From: the human T2T-CHM13v2.0 reference genome, Homo sapiens
NCBI RefSeq assembly: GCF_009914755.1
Contig: NC_060939.1
Length of the DNA: 64,000 nucleotides
Reading direction: 5' to 3' (one strand)
Position 1 is the first letter of the stretch. Each line of letters begins with the position of its first letter. Made by a program: the position numbers and the translations under genes. The notes under the pieces are model-generated. The model did no database searches. It was not told the DNA's origin and saw only the letters and a program-made list of their open reading frames with translations. Positions 39,641 to 58,070 of the stretch are shown in pieces.

Positions 39641-40602
39641 TTTGTCACAAAATCCTCAAAGATGCAGGCTTTTTCCAGCTCGTGGCATTCCCATCTTAGG
39701 AGGTGGCTCTTGTCCTCATTATTCAACATGGATGGCAGCATCATGTTCCAGGCAGGAGGAAGGAATAAGTAACAAATATGAGAGACTAACACCTAAAGAA
39801 AGATCATGGAAGATGGCATGTGACACTTAGCCAACATCTTTTTGGCCATAATGTGGTTACATGATGATTGGTCAGTTTGCTGTCAAGATGCTGATGGAGC
39901 ACTTCAACAAGAGAATTTAGTAAAGAAACATGTTCAAAGGAGTGGGTACGGTTAAGGAAAATAAACAAGGAACAGTGTGCATGCCAGGGCTAGCAATAGT
40001 AAGGAACCATTATAACTGTGACCTTGACGGGCATGGTAGAGATGATTACCAGAACCTAGAAAGAGTCAGAGTTGCAGCTGAAGAAGAAGGCTACCCCAGC
40101 TAAGCTGTGGCATTTGGTAGAGGGAAGCTGTTTTGTGGTTGATCTCCTCCTGCTGCTAGCATATATATATACACATATATGCTAACAGGCACAGACAAAA
40201 AAAAAAAAAACACGCCCAAACAAAAGCCTGCTCTCTGTAGCCAAAAGACCAGGAAAGGGCAGCTTAGCAAGACAGAAAACTCTTAGACAATAACCTGTCC
40301 ACTCAGCCGAGTACCACAGAAAATAAAAAAACTTAGTTCCACCCAACCCATGCCAGCAAAGGACATATGAAAAGCCTAAATATCCACCCTTGAAAGACTA
40401 TAAATGAGGTACCCCAACCACTATCCCCCTCCAACCAGGGTAGTGTCAGAGAAGACTGAATGGAAATCTAGGACTTTTAGACCCTCCAGGAAAAGGAAAA
40501 AAACACCCTAGTTTCCCTACAATGTCAGCGGAGATCCTAGACTTAACGATCCTAGATTCTAGACAGGGGATTCCTAGACTTCTTCCTACCTACTGGGGTG
40601 GT

Positions 40603-40800
40603 TATTACGGGCTAAACTCTACCTGCCCCCCCACAAAAAAATTCATATGTTGAATCCCTAACTCCCAGTATCTCAGAACATGATTTTATTTGGAGATAGG
40701 ATCTCTAAAGAGGTAATTAAGGTAAAATGAGGCCATTAGGCTGGGCCCTAATCCAATATGACTGCTATTCTTATAAGAAGAGATTAGAACACACAGAGAC
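40603..40800 (+). mobile_element. MLT1A/B LTR fragment
   Basis: AAAATTCATATGTTGAATCCCTAACTCCCAG...GGGCCCTAATCCAATATGACTG. Confidence 0.75.
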
Positions 40801-42520
40801 TTAAGTGATCACACACAACAAAGAATACTGTTTTTACAAAAACAATTTAGAGAAGTCACTAAACAAATAAACAAGTATCCCACATTAAGTAACAATAACA
40901 AATCATGAAGATGGAGCAGAAGCTGATTTCCAGAGTTACCACATTAGAATATTAATAATGTCCAGTTTTCAACCAAAAAAAAAAAAGGCATGCAAAGTAA
41001 CAAGAGAATATGACTCGTTCACAAGAAAAAAAGAAATACAGAGAAATCATCCCTGAGAAAGGCCAAATATTAGATTTACTGGACAGAGAATTTAAATAAA
41101 TTATCTTAAATATGCTCAAGGAGCTAATGGAAATCATGTACAAAGAAATAAAGGAAACCAAGAGAACAATGTCTAAACAAACAGAGAATGTTAATAAAGA
41201 GATATGGAGTATAAAAAAGAAAAAAATAGAAATTTTGATGTTGAAAATTATAATAAAATACCAAAAACCTTATTAGATGGATTCAATGGCAGATTTCAGC
41301 AGGCAGGAAAGAAAAAACAGTAAACTAGAAAATAGGTCAATTGAGGTTATCCCATCTGAGGAGTAGAAAGGAAAACCAATGAAGAAAAATGAATAGATCT
41401 GGCCTCATGAGGGGAGTGTAAAAATAAAAAATGAATAGAGCCTGTAAGATCTTTGGGACACCATAAAGCATGCCAACATATGCATAATGGGAGTGTCCCA
41501 GAGGTAGAGAAAAAAAAACAGAAAAAGGCAGAAAGACTACTTGAGGAAATAATGCCTTGAGACATTCCCAAATTTTATGAGCAACATGAATCTACATATC
41601 CAAGAAGTTCAACAAACTTCAAGTAAAATAAACTCAGAGATCCACATGAAGACATATAATTAAGCTGTCAAAAGACAAAAAGGAAGTTGTGAAGTAGCAA
41701 AAGAGAAAAGACATCACATAAAAGAGATTCTCAGTAAGATTAACAAGCTATTACTCGTCAGAAACCAGGTATGACAGAAAGCAGTAGAATGACACAAAGC
41801 TATGGGGAGGGGAGAAAGCTATCAACAAAGAAGTATATATCTAGAAAAGTTATCCTTGATAATTAAGGAGAAATTAAGGCATTCCCAGATAAAAAAAATC
41901 TGAGAGAATTTATCACTAGTAGACCTACAAGAAATGCTAACGGGCCTTCTTCAGATCGAAATGAAAGGAAATTATACAGAAACTCAAAACCAAACCAAAA
42001 AATAAAAGAACACCAAGAAGGGTAATTATTTCTACACAAGCACATATAAAAGCCAATATTATTTCATCCTGAGATTATAACTCCTGTTTTTAAAATACTA
42101 TTTCAAAGATACATTTTCAGAATAGTAATTACAGAGATATGTTAATGGGTACACAATGTAAAAAGATGAAATTTGTGATAATAACAACTATATGTGAGGT
42201 GGAAGGAGCAATATCGGAGCAGCACTTTGTATATGATAGAAGCTAAGTTGATGATTAATTCCAACTAGAAAGTTATAAGTGTGAGATGTTCACTGTCATC
42301 CCCATGGTAACCAATAAGAAAGTAACTAAAAAATATAAAGAGAAAATTAGAAGAGAATCAAAACAAGACACTAGAAAAAAATCAGTTAAACACAAAAGAA
42401 GGTAGTAATGGAGAAAATGAGGAATAGAAAAAGATATGACGTATAGAAAAAAATAGTAAAATGGCAAAATTAACTATTTCTTATAAGTAATTACTTTTAA
42501 TGTAAATGAATTATACTATC

Positions 42521-44134
42521 TGTGACAGTTAATTTTATGCATCAACTTGGCAGAGTCAAGGTTCTCCTGGAGGCTGTATATGTTCTGAATCAACATCTAA
42601 TACATGGTGCTGTTTCTCCCACAGCCAGAATTCACAGATCCAGGAATCAAGGGGTGGAAGCGGAAGTGGCAACACTGACTATTGCTCCTAGTGACCCACT
42701 AGCAAAATTTTTTCTTCCTTTTCCTGTGACCTTATGCTTTGCTGACCCAGAGGTCTTCCTTCCCAAGGAAGGAATACTTCCACCAGGAGACACAATGATT
42801 TCATTAAACCAGAAGTTAATAATGCTATCCAGCCACTCTGTGGTCTTCATGCCTCTAATCAACAGGCAAAGAAGGAGTTACTATTCTGGCTGGGTTTATT
42901 AACCCATTTATGTCAGAGCCTGCAATTTTTTGAATTCCAGACATGTGTGAAAAAACAGACCTTGGTGATGACCCTGAGCAGTAAGAAATAAATAACTTCC
43001 ACATGCTCAGTGTTCCAATAATGGAACATTAGGCATAAATGGGCTTAATCCTGACTACTAAGGAAAAATTTGACTGCTATTCCATAATGGAAGTAAGGAA
43101 GAATATATTCGTAATACAGAAGCTCCCTTAGAGTATCTCTTAGTATTACCATGCCCTGTGATTAGGGTCCACTGAAAACCACAACAACCCAATCCAGACA
43201 TGACTACTACTGTCTAAGATTATTCAGGAATAAAGGTTTGGGCAGCCCACCAGATAAAGAACCACAACAAAAGGTGCTTTCTGAGGGCAAGAAAATATGG
43301 AATGGGTACAGGAAGAGGTAGTTATAAATACCAGCAACAATCATATGACTAATTATAGAAAAGGATTATTATAATTGTCATGAGTATTTATTTATTTTCA
43401 TTGTCAATATGTTTGTGTGTATAATATGAAACATCTTTGGTTTTTTCTCTTATCCTTTTATTATGTAATAAGAAGTATTGACTTTATGTCATAGCATTTT
43501 AGTTACAGAATATCAAGGAGAGGAGTAGACATCACCAAAAGACTTTGCATTCTTTTCTGGTGGAGAGTTAGTGTGGTTTTGGTTGTACACAGAATAGTTG
43601 TATCATGTTAGGCAGAAGTATAATATTGTTTTGTCTTTATTTGCAGATTAAGTATGATTTAAGGAAATGCATATGGATGACAGGTTGACAAAGGGTAGAT
43701 TTATGCTAGTTAATTTTATGTCAAATTGACTGGACCATGGTGCCCAGATATATGGCCTAATATTATTCTGGATGTTTCTGAGATGGTGTTTTTGGAAAAG
43801 ATTAACATTTAAATCAGTGGAGTTTTAGTAAAGCAGATTGTCATTCATAATGTGTGTGGCTCTCACCAAATGAATCTGAAGGCTTTACCAGAACAAAGAC
43901 TGACCTCCCTGAGCGAGAAGGAATTCTGCCAGCAGACTGCCTCTGGACTCAAGCTGCAACTCTTCCCTGAATCCCCAGTCTGCTGGCTTATCCCATCAAA
44001 TTTTGGACTTGCTAAGCCTCTATAATCACATGGGAAAATTCCTTAAGACAGTAATATTTATACACACACATACACAGGAACACACACACTCACACATCCT
44101 ATTAATTTTTTTCTGAAGAACCATGATTAATACA
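42521..44134 (+). mobile_element. Deleted HERV-L/MLT2 provirus (40 bp of 5' LTR, IN end, dUTPase, 3' LTR 43702-44134)
   Basis: AVYVLNQH...HGAVSPTARIHRSRNQGVE (IN end) and LPKEGILPPGDTMISLNQKL (dUTPase). PPT GACAAAGGGTAGA. MLT2C/D-like LTR. L1 is continuous on both sides. Confidence 0.88.
42903..43043 (+). mobile_element. MER85 piggyBac (PGBD3-derived) MITE
   Basis: 141 bp. TIRs CCCATTTATG...CATAAATGGG. TTAA on the left (42899-42902) and cTTAA on the right. Internal palindrome GTTCCAATAATGGAAC. Confidence 0.92.
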
Positions 44135-45621
44135 CTCTAAAATTAAAGGGCAGAGATTGGCAGAATTGATTTTTTTAAATGCTCCAATTATATGCTGTCT
44201 AAAAGAGACCCTTTTAGATCCCCGAACACAGAGATTGAAAATAAAGGAATTTTAAAAATGCAAATAGTGATCAAAAAAGACTCAAGTGGCCATATTAATA
44301 TATGACAAAAATTTTTACTAGAGACAAGGAAGAATATTTTATAATAATAAAATGGCCAAATCATCAAAAAGATAAAAAAAGTATAAACATGTATGCATCT
44401 ACAACAATGTCCCAAAATACTTGAAGAAAAAACAGAATCGAAGAGAGAAATGTACAGTTCTACAATAATAGTTAGACACTTCCGTGCCCTACTTTCAATA
44501 ATAAATGGAACTAGACAAAGAAGAACAATAAGAAAACAGAGGATTTGAAAAACACCATAAGCCAACTAGACCTAACTAACATATACAGAACACTCTACCC
44601 AACAACAGCGTAATGTATATTCTTCTCAAGTGACCTGGAACATTCTCAAGAACAGATCATATGTTAAGCCACAAAATAAGTCTCAATACATTTTGAAAGA
44701 TTAAAGTCACATAGAATATCTTCTCTAACAACAATGGGCTGAAACTAGCAATCAATAACCAAAGGAAAGCTGGAAAAATCAAAAAAATGAAGAAATGAAA
44801 TAATACACTCTTAAACCATCAATGGGCCAATGAAGAAATCACAAGAAAAATTAGAAAATACTTTGATAGAAATGAAGATGAAAACACAAGCTACCAAAAC
44901 TTATGGGATTCACTGAAAGCAGTCTGAGAGAGACATTTATAACTCTTAATTAAAAGTTTACATTAAAAAACAAGATCTCAAATTGATAATCTAATTTTAC
45001 ACCTTCAAGAATGAGAAAAAAGAGCAACTAAACCCAAAACTAGCAGAAGTAGGAAATAATAAAATTAAAGTAGAGATAAATAAAATAGAGAATAGGAAAA
45101 CAGTAGAGAATTAACAAAACCAAAAGTTGATTCTTTGAGAAGATCAACAAATTTGACAAACCTGTAGCTATACTGACCAGGAAAGAAAAAGAGAATACTC
45201 TAATTACTAAAAACGGAAACTAAAGTGGTGACATTACTACTGACTTTCCAGAAGTATTAAAAATTATGAGAATACTATGAAAAATTTTATTACAAACAAC
45301 TTAGATAACCTAGATTAAATGGACAAATTCCTAGAAACATGCAAACTACCAAAACTGACTTAAGAAGAAATAGAAAATCTGAGTCGATCTATAATAAGTA
45401 AGGAAATTAAGTCAGTATTCAGAAACCTCTCAACAACAGCAACAATAAAAGCCCAGGACTAGATGGTTTCACTAGTAAATGAAATACATGAAATTACAAG
45501 GGGCCCCAAATAGCCAAAACAGTGTTGAAAAAGAAAAACAAAATTGAAGAACACACACTTTCCTATTTTAAAACTTAGCACAATGCTTAGTGCAATGCTA
45601 ATCAAAACAGTTTGGTACTGG

Positions 45622-49385
<3,764 letters not shown>

Positions 49386-49886
49386 CAGTGTGGTACTGGA
49401 ATAACAATACCCATAAAGATCAATGGAATAGAATTAAGAGTCCAGAAATAAACCCATACATCTATGGCCAATTGATTTCTGACAAGGGTGCCAAGACCAA
49501 TTTATGAGGAAAGAATCATCTTTTCAACAAGCAGTGCTGGAACAACTGGATATGCACATGTGAAAGAATGAAGTTGGACCCCTGCCTCACACCATATTTA
49601 ACTCAAAAAACTTCGAAGACCTAAAAATAAGAGCTGAAATTATAAAACTCTTAGAAGTAGCAAATCTTCATCATCTTAGATTTGGCAATCAATTCTTAGA
49701 TATGACACCAGAAGCATAATTAACAAAAGAAAAAATAAATTAGACTTTATCAAAATTAAAAATTTTTGTGCATCAAAGAACATTATAGTGAGAGTAAAAA
49801 GACAACCACAGAATAGGAGAAAATATTTTTAAATTATATACATATCTGATAAGTATCTGGTGTCCAGAATACATAATCAACACTTA

Positions 49887-50247
<361 letters not shown>

Positions 50248-50984
50248 AAATGGGCAAAAAACTTGAATAGACATTTCTCCAAATAAGATATACAAATGGC
50301 CATGAAGCACATGAAACGATGCTTGACATTATGAGTTAATGGAAAAATGAAAAAAAAAATCACAAAGACTTGCCACTTTACACCCACTATGGAAAATGAC
50401 AATTATTGGTGAAAATGTGGAGAAATTGGAATCCTCAAGCATTACTGGTGGTAATCTGAAATGGTACAGCCACTGTGGAAAATAGTACTGTGGCCCTTTA
50501 ATAAGTTAAACATAGACTTACCATACCACCCAGCAATTTCACTCCTGGGAATATCATGAAAGGAATTAAAATCAGGAGTTCAGACAAAAACTTGTTTACA
50601 AATATTTTTAGCAGCACTATTTCCAATAGCCAAAGGATGGAAAGAACTCCAGTGTTCATCAACTGGTAAATGGGTAAACAAAATGTGGTATGTGCCACGA
50701 TAGACTATTATTCAGCCGTAAAAACTGAAGTACTGATACACATTACAACGTGGGTAAGCCTTGAAAACATTATGCAAAGTGAAAGAAGGCATACACAAAA
50801 GGCCACATATTGTATGATTTCATTCCTTTGAAATATCCAGAATAGGAAAATCCATAGAGACAGAAGGCAGATTTGTCGTCGTCAGGGGCTGGTAGGGAAG
50901 GAGTAGGGGGAAGAGACAAGATGGAATGAATGAACCTGCTCTCAGGTTTCCAGCTGCCTCAACTTGATGGAAAATGCTTGTGGG

Positions 50985-51310
50985 GGTTTTAAAACATGGC
51001 TTCAAAATATGCTGATACGCTCTCATTTATAGGCAACATCTTCGACCTCCCCATTAGCATCTGGGCTTTGTGACTGTTTAAGCAGTAAAATATAGCAGAA
51101 GTGATGTTGTGTCAGTTTCCAGGCTCTGGCCTTACAAAACTGTCAGCTTCCACTTGCTGACTCTTGGAATACTCACTCTTAGAACCCAGATGCCATGCTG
51201 TGAGGAAGCCCATGCTGCCCTATGGAGGTCCCTGTGGAGAGGAGTCAAGATGTCATGCCAAATTGACAGCCATGTGAGTGAGCCATCTCAGAAGTGGATC
51301 TTCCAGCTTT
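50985..51310 (+). mobile_element. MLT1 (F/H-like) LTR fragment
   Basis: GCAGAAGTGATGTTGTG, GCCATGCTGTGAGGAAGCCC, GCCATGTGAGTGAGCCATCT. Confidence 0.65.
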
Positions 51311-54300
51311 GTATCTGTGGACCTGGAGGCAGGCAGGATCTAACTATTAGCACACCCTCCACCGTGGCTCAGATCCAAGAAGAACCAATGACTGAGGTCC
51401 AGTTCCCCAGAAGCAGACCCTAAGACAAAGATCTGTGTGAAGATGATGTATTTAAAAAGAGCTCCCCCAAAAAAACCTAAGAGAATGAGGTAAGCAGAAA
51501 AAAGATTGGGAAGAAGCCAAGCTCACAGAGCGTAGCTTTCAGCAGGGCTATTCTGGAGTATAAGTTCCATATAGGGGTGTCCCAACAGCAGGCAAAGGAG
51601 CTAGGCTCTTACATTGGGTGAAGCCCTCCCAGCACCTGGTCTGATCTGCCCCCGTGGTCTCCCTTGGCTATTCCCGGTGTAACACGGACATGTTTCTCCA
51701 ACTCCACTCCTGCAGCTTTGCGTGAATCTTTGTTTCTCATTTTCTTGATTCATCATCTTTGTTGGTTTTCACTTGGCAGCTGGCTAAGTGGAAGAGTCAA
51801 ACATTCTGCCCTTGGCCTCAACCACTTGGCATCCTGGTTAGGGTTTATGTAAAGTTTTGAATTTTTTGATGCTAGTTGTATTTCTATAAATCCCTGGTTG
51901 GTGCTTTACAAAAAAAAAAAAAAAAGGTGAGAGATCAGGCCAGACCTTGGCTGGGAGGGGAATGCAAACTCCCAGGCACCTCAAAGCCACAAGACATGTG
52001 GAAGAGGCACAGAAAGGGTCAAAAGCATCCCAGCATATAGGACAGGGCACCAAGAGTGTCTACTACAACCAATTTGGGATATGGGGGAAGAAAGAATTTG
52101 GTGACATACACTCATCAAGTGTATTCAGTGCCCTTGCAATTTTGAAGAAGTCTGTGAAATCCCAAACTAGCCTAGACTTTCCACAGGTGGACAGATACTG
52201 GTGCCCAACCAGTAGGGCACTGGTCTTGCCATATAACCCTGGTCTCATTCCCCAGTCTTGGGGGAAAAAATGCAAACTGCCTTTGGGTCACGTCACGTCA
52301 CCTCCACTGAGCCTGCTTCCAGTCCTTCCTGCCAACTCAGACCCCTCACTCATCAGCCATAATCGCCTCATAGGCCTCAGAGACACAATGGCCTGCAGCG
52401 TGGCCTGTCTGCTTGCTGAAAGTAGTATCTTATCTACCATTAGTAGATTAGTAGTTATCTTACCTACCATTAAGGGGCCCAGATTCATTCAATCCTTTTG
52501 GTCTTTCTTATGACACATATGCAAATAACCGCAGATTAAGGTAAACCTTACAAAAAGGAAATAAACATGAATATCATAAAATAAAGAAACCCAGTGCTGG
52601 GTGTCCATTCCTGGTAATCTGCTTGTCTTTACCATCCTGTTATAGAAATGCTATGCCTATATTTTTTCAGTAGGACCTACTATTACAGGAGCCAAATTCT
52701 CAGGCTAAAATAATAAAATATCACATTTTCTCAGATGCTTTGCCAGAGAGAAATTTTTCAGAAATCCACAGAGTAGGATTCAGCACATATTTCAAAACAG
52801 TTGAAGCAGTGAGACTGTGCAAGCAACAAACAAGACTTTAAATACACATCCATGAGTCCTTTTTTAAAGACGGGTCAAGTGCAGTAACATCTATGAATCT
52901 CAACTACTCCACTTTGCCCAGCAGTGTCTACTTGCTGCCCTGGGTGAGCAGTAACAGAAGAAATGCAGAGAAAGAAAGCAGTGTCTTTGGAGAGGATTGG
53001 AAAGCCAAGCTTGGCTTGGAAGACTTGTTGAAAGTTCCCTGTTCCTGCCCTGCTGCTTGGACACCCTGGAGAGGGAGATGGCGCCAGGGCTGGACCACAG
53101 GCAGGGCAAGGTGAGCTCCCAAGCTGGGAGGAAAGCAAGACAGATCTGGCAGAGCAGCCCCAAGGCTGGAGCTATCCAGAGGGACGCAGGAAAGTGGCGA
53201 GGGTTGGGCTTTTGCTCATAGGCCTGTCGGGGAAGGCAGCAGCAAAGCAGAAATTTCCAGGGCCTTAAGTGAGGCTAGCGGGCCTGCAGTCTCATGGGGG
53301 TTCTGGAGAGTGAAGCTGAGATGGCACAGGCGGAAGTGCCTGGGAGAAGGCCTCATACTCAGCACCCAAAAGAACCAGCACCCAGGACCTGTGTGCCACC
53401 ACTCACCCTCTCACTGTTCCCACCCCCAATGTCTTGATGGGATATGTTGAGGCCCCCAGATTTCAGGTGCAAGTCCTGGGGAAGGAAAGATGGGGGATGA
53501 AAGCAAAAAGGTGCCAAATTCCAAGCATGCAAAAAACAAACAAACAGACAGACAGACAAAACTCAGATTGGCTGAATGATCTTGAATTAAGTTTCTACTA
53601 TGGGATGAAATGAGAGTCCTGGATAGAAATGAAGTTACAGAAAGGATTTCATGCACACTGGGGCTTGGGGTTGAGAAATCTATACCCAGTTGGAGTACTT
53701 AGCCAGTGCCACGTAGATAATGAGCACCCAAATACAACAGACAATATTCTCCCCAAGGTCATGGTGTTTTGTCCTCCTCTAGTCTCCTTTAAAATAAATA
53801 AGCAAGGCTTTCCTTTTCCACAGACTTTTTGTTCTCCCTCACAATCTTCCCCCTCTCTCAAGGGGGAAAAAAATGTGCAAAGCACACCTCCTGTGTATTT
53901 TCCTCTCCTTCCTTTGGCTTCTGTCCAAGGCAACCCCAGGAGCTGGGGGTTAAGAGTTGCTACAACTGCTATCTTCTCAGCTGCCGGCCCACACTCTATC
54001 TGAGACGCTGGAGAAGCAGAGCCCACATGTCCTGCAGTGGAGTGAATTAATTGGGTCAGCCACTGCTGGGGCATCCTTCTTGCCATTGCCTCAAAGAAAG
54101 ATCCTATGCCAGACTGGGCTTTTGGTGAGTGTTTGAACACAACCCTGAGGTCATTCCACCCTCCAACCATCAAAGACTCAGGAGCTGTATCTCCTGACAT
54201 ACACACACCCCATTCAAAGGAACACCTTAGCAACCCAGGGTTGTCAGGGAGCGGGAATGGTGGGGGTGGGGGCAGTTGTAACAGGTTGAGACCCAGGGGT

Positions 54301-54874
54301 TGGAACTTGAGGGTCACCTGCTCCACTATGTGCCCCACCCTCAGGAGCTGAGATACAAGGAGTCACTAGATGCAAATATACTAAACGCTGGATATCAATG
54401 AAAGGTTCCTTGCTAGTTTTAACGGCCCATCTAAGATCACAGCACTGACCCCAGTAAAACATTTAAGATGTATAAATGCAACACAGCATTTGTCCCGGGA
54501 AATAAAACACTAAAGATTACCTTATTCCTTGAAATATTAACTTTTAGAATAAGTGATGTCATTTTATTTATCATGGAGGTCAATTTGCCACTTCTCCTAC
54601 TTTTCTTTAAAAAACCTGTTCATATACACTCTCCCATTCATTGCAAGAAATAACCAGTGAGATTGCTATGATGCGTTTTGCCTTTTAACAGATATTAAGT
54701 GTCTTGGCTGAAATCACCCAGCTGTCTAGGAAGGCGAAAACCACAGGCTGGGATGGACTCTCTAGAGTCAACAGGAAAGTGGAAGGGCCTCTACCAGAGA
54801 GGATGTGAATAAGATTTTGAAAGAAACAGGAAACAGTCCATTGCAGCTTTAAAATCTTGATTTTAAAAAACACC

Positions 54875-55183
<309 letters not shown>

Positions 55184-56904
55184 TTAGTTCATTTTGCATT
55201 GCCATAAAGGAATACCTGGGGCTGGGCAGTGTATAAAGAAAAGAAGTTTATTTGCGTCACCATTCTGCAGACCATGTAAGAAACACGGTGCCAGCATCTG
55301 CTTCTGCTGAGGCCTCAGGAAGCTACCATTTGTGGTGGAAGGTAAAGGGCGAGCAGGTGTGTCACATGGTGAGAGAGGGAGCAAGAGGGAAGGGAGGAAG
55401 TTCAAGCTCTTTAAACAACAGCTATCACATGAACTAATGGAGTGAGAACTCACTCACTACCATGAAGAGGTCACCAAGCCATTCATGGAGGATTCACCCC
55501 CATGATCCAAACATCTCCCACCAGGCCCCACCTCCAACATGAGGGATCAGATTTCAACATGTGATTTGGAGGGGACAAAAATCCAAACTATATTATTCCA
55601 TTCCTTGCCCCCCAAATTCATGTCCTTCTCACATTGGAAAATACAGTCATCCTTCCCCAATAGTCTCCAAAAGTTCTAACTCATTCCAGCATCAACTCAA
55701 AAGTCCAAAGTCTCATCTGAGACTCAAGGCAATTCCCTTCCACCTATGAGCCCGTAAGATCAAAAACAAGTTGTTTACTCCCAATATATTGATACAATGG
55801 TGACACAGACATTGAGTGAATATTCCCATCCCAGAAGAGAGAAATTGGCCACAAGAAAGAGGCAACAAGCCTCTGCAAGTCTGAAACCCAGCAGGGAAGA
55901 CATTAAATCTTAAAGCTTCAATATAATCTCCCTTGACCCCATGTCCCAAATCCTGGATACATGATTGTGTGGGATGGGCTCGCAAGGGCTTAGGCAGCCC
56001 TGCCTCTGTGCCTGCTTTGCAAGGTACAGCTGCTGTTCTTGCTCTCACAGGTTGGAGTTGAGTAACTGTGGCTTTTCTAGGCTAAGGTGCAAGTTGCTAG
56101 TGGTTCTACCATTCTGGAGTCTGGAGGGTAGTGGCCTCATTCCCACTGCTCCACTAGGTAGTGCCCTGGCGGGGGCTCTCTGTGGGGACTCCAACCCCAC
56201 ATTTTCCCTTGTAACTAACCTGGGATGTTCCCATCCTCTGGCTGGGATAAGGGAAGCAGCAACCCAAGGCAGCACCGAGTAGCAATGCCCCTGGCCTCGT
56301 CCCTGAAACCAGTCTGTCCTCTTAGGCCTCTGGGCTTGCGGTGGGAGGAGCAGCCTGGAAGATTTCTGAAGTGCCTTTGAGGCCTTTTTCTCATTGTCTT
56401 GACTAGTAGCACCTGCTTCCCTTTCTGTCATGCTAACCTCTCCAGCAAGTGGTTGTTCCTCATGCCTCTTGGATTCTTATCCTTTGGGTTCCTCTCCTGA
56501 AATGTTCTTTCCTTCTCTACCATGAGCCAGGCTGCAGATTTTCCAAGTTTTTACACTCTACTTCCCTTTAAATTGTAAGTCCCAACTTTAAGTCATTCCT
56601 TTGCCCCATATCTGATCTTAGATTGGTAGAAGCAGCCTTGCCACTTCTTGAATACTTGGCTGCATAGAAATTTTTTTTCCTCCAGATACCCTAAGTCATC
56701 ACTCTGAAGCTCAGCCTTCCACAAAGCCCTAGGACATTGGCACAATGCAGCCAAGTTCTTTGCTAATGTGTGACGAGGGTGACCTGTGCTCCAGCTCCCA
56801 ATAAGTTCTTCATTTTCATCTGAGACCTCATCAACCTGGCCTTCACTGCCCATATTTCTATGAGCATTTTGGTCATAATCATTTAACGAATCTCCAGTAC
56901 ATTC

Positions 56905-58070
56905 TGAGAAATAAAAATGAAATCCTAAGCCCTTCCCCCCACCCCAGACTACTGAATGGACCCCCCTGTTGGCCAAGGGGACCCCAAAAAAACCTTAAAA
57001 CTGAGTCCCAGCCCTGATGCAATGGGAGGTCAAACATGCCTCATCAGAGCCCGTCCCTTGCTAACCACCGCTAGGCTTTCTTCTCTAAAGGCTAAGCAGG
57101 AACCAGCCCTTTCTCTTTTTAAAAATTAATTTATTTTACTTTAAGTTCTGGGATACATGTGTCGAGCGTGCAGGCTTGTTACATAGGAATACATGTGTCG
57201 TGGTGGTTTGCTGCACCTATCAACCTGACATCTACGTTTTCAGGCATTTGTCCTAATGCTCTCCCTCCCCTTTCCCCTCACCCCACAACAGGCTCCAGTG
57301 TGTGATGTTCCTCTCCCTGTGTCCATGTGTTGTCATTGCTGAACTCCCATTTTTGAGAAAATGTGGTGTTTGGTTTTCTGTTCCTGTGTTAGTTTGCTGA
57401 GGATGACGGTTTCCAGCTTCATCCATGTCCCTGCAAAGGACATGAACTTACTCTTTTTTATGGCTGCATAGTATGGTATACATGTGCCACATTTTCTTTA
57501 TCCAGTCTATCACTGATGAGCATTTGGGTTGGAACCAGCCCTTTCAAAAGAGTCACCTCACCACTGATTTCAACCAACCACCTGATGCTGTCCCTCCCTT
57601 TTGCAGTTTCAACAGAACAACCAAGCAGCATTCCTTCCTGATAAGAGACCACCAACCACTGAGAGGTTCTAGTCAGTCTAGGGAGGCTGTGCACTGACTG
57701 ACGGGTTTTGTGTCCACTGCTTCATCTTTTGAAGTCAGAGACCCAAAAACTGCCCCCTCACATCTTGCTAATACTACCATTTTTTTAACATGCGAACCCA
57801 TGAAGGGGCTGGGAGGTCAACTGCACATGTGTTTCTTCTTTCGTAAATATTCATGGCTCCTCCTATAACTTGCTGAATATATATTTGGCCACCTCATTCA
57901 GCACAAATCCTTGTTTTATTCTTCTGACACTCCAAGTGCCTGTTTCTGGCTTCTGGCCAGAGGCTATGCTTCGCAGACACTCGGAATGGCCACCCTGCAG
58001 GCTGCAACCATTTATAAGAAATACAGCTCTCCTTTCCACATTTATGAACCTCATCATCCTTTGGTTGACA
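56905..58070 (+). mobile_element. MER4-group ERV1 solo LTR inserted in MST-int
   Basis: TGAGAAATAAAAATGAAATCCTAAGCCC...GGCCAAGGGGACCCC...GTTGACA. Confidence 0.78.
57114..57530 (-). mobile_element. L1PA 3' fragment inside the MER4-group LTR
   Basis: Antisense L1PA 3'UTR. Exact 15-bp TSD GGAACCAGCCCTTTC (57099-57113 and 57531-57545). Confidence 0.92.

Noticed and set aside
51947-52513. 188-aa ORF in non-repeat DNA
   Set aside because: Non-ATG start, no recognisable domain, no exon structure or retrocopy hallmarks. A BLASTP/PhyloCSF hit would be needed to revive it.
53649-54338. 229-aa minus-strand ORF, the longest in the window
   Set aside because: Non-ATG start, no recognisable family, and overlapping similar-length ORFs on the other strand, consistent with chance in GC-richer DNA.
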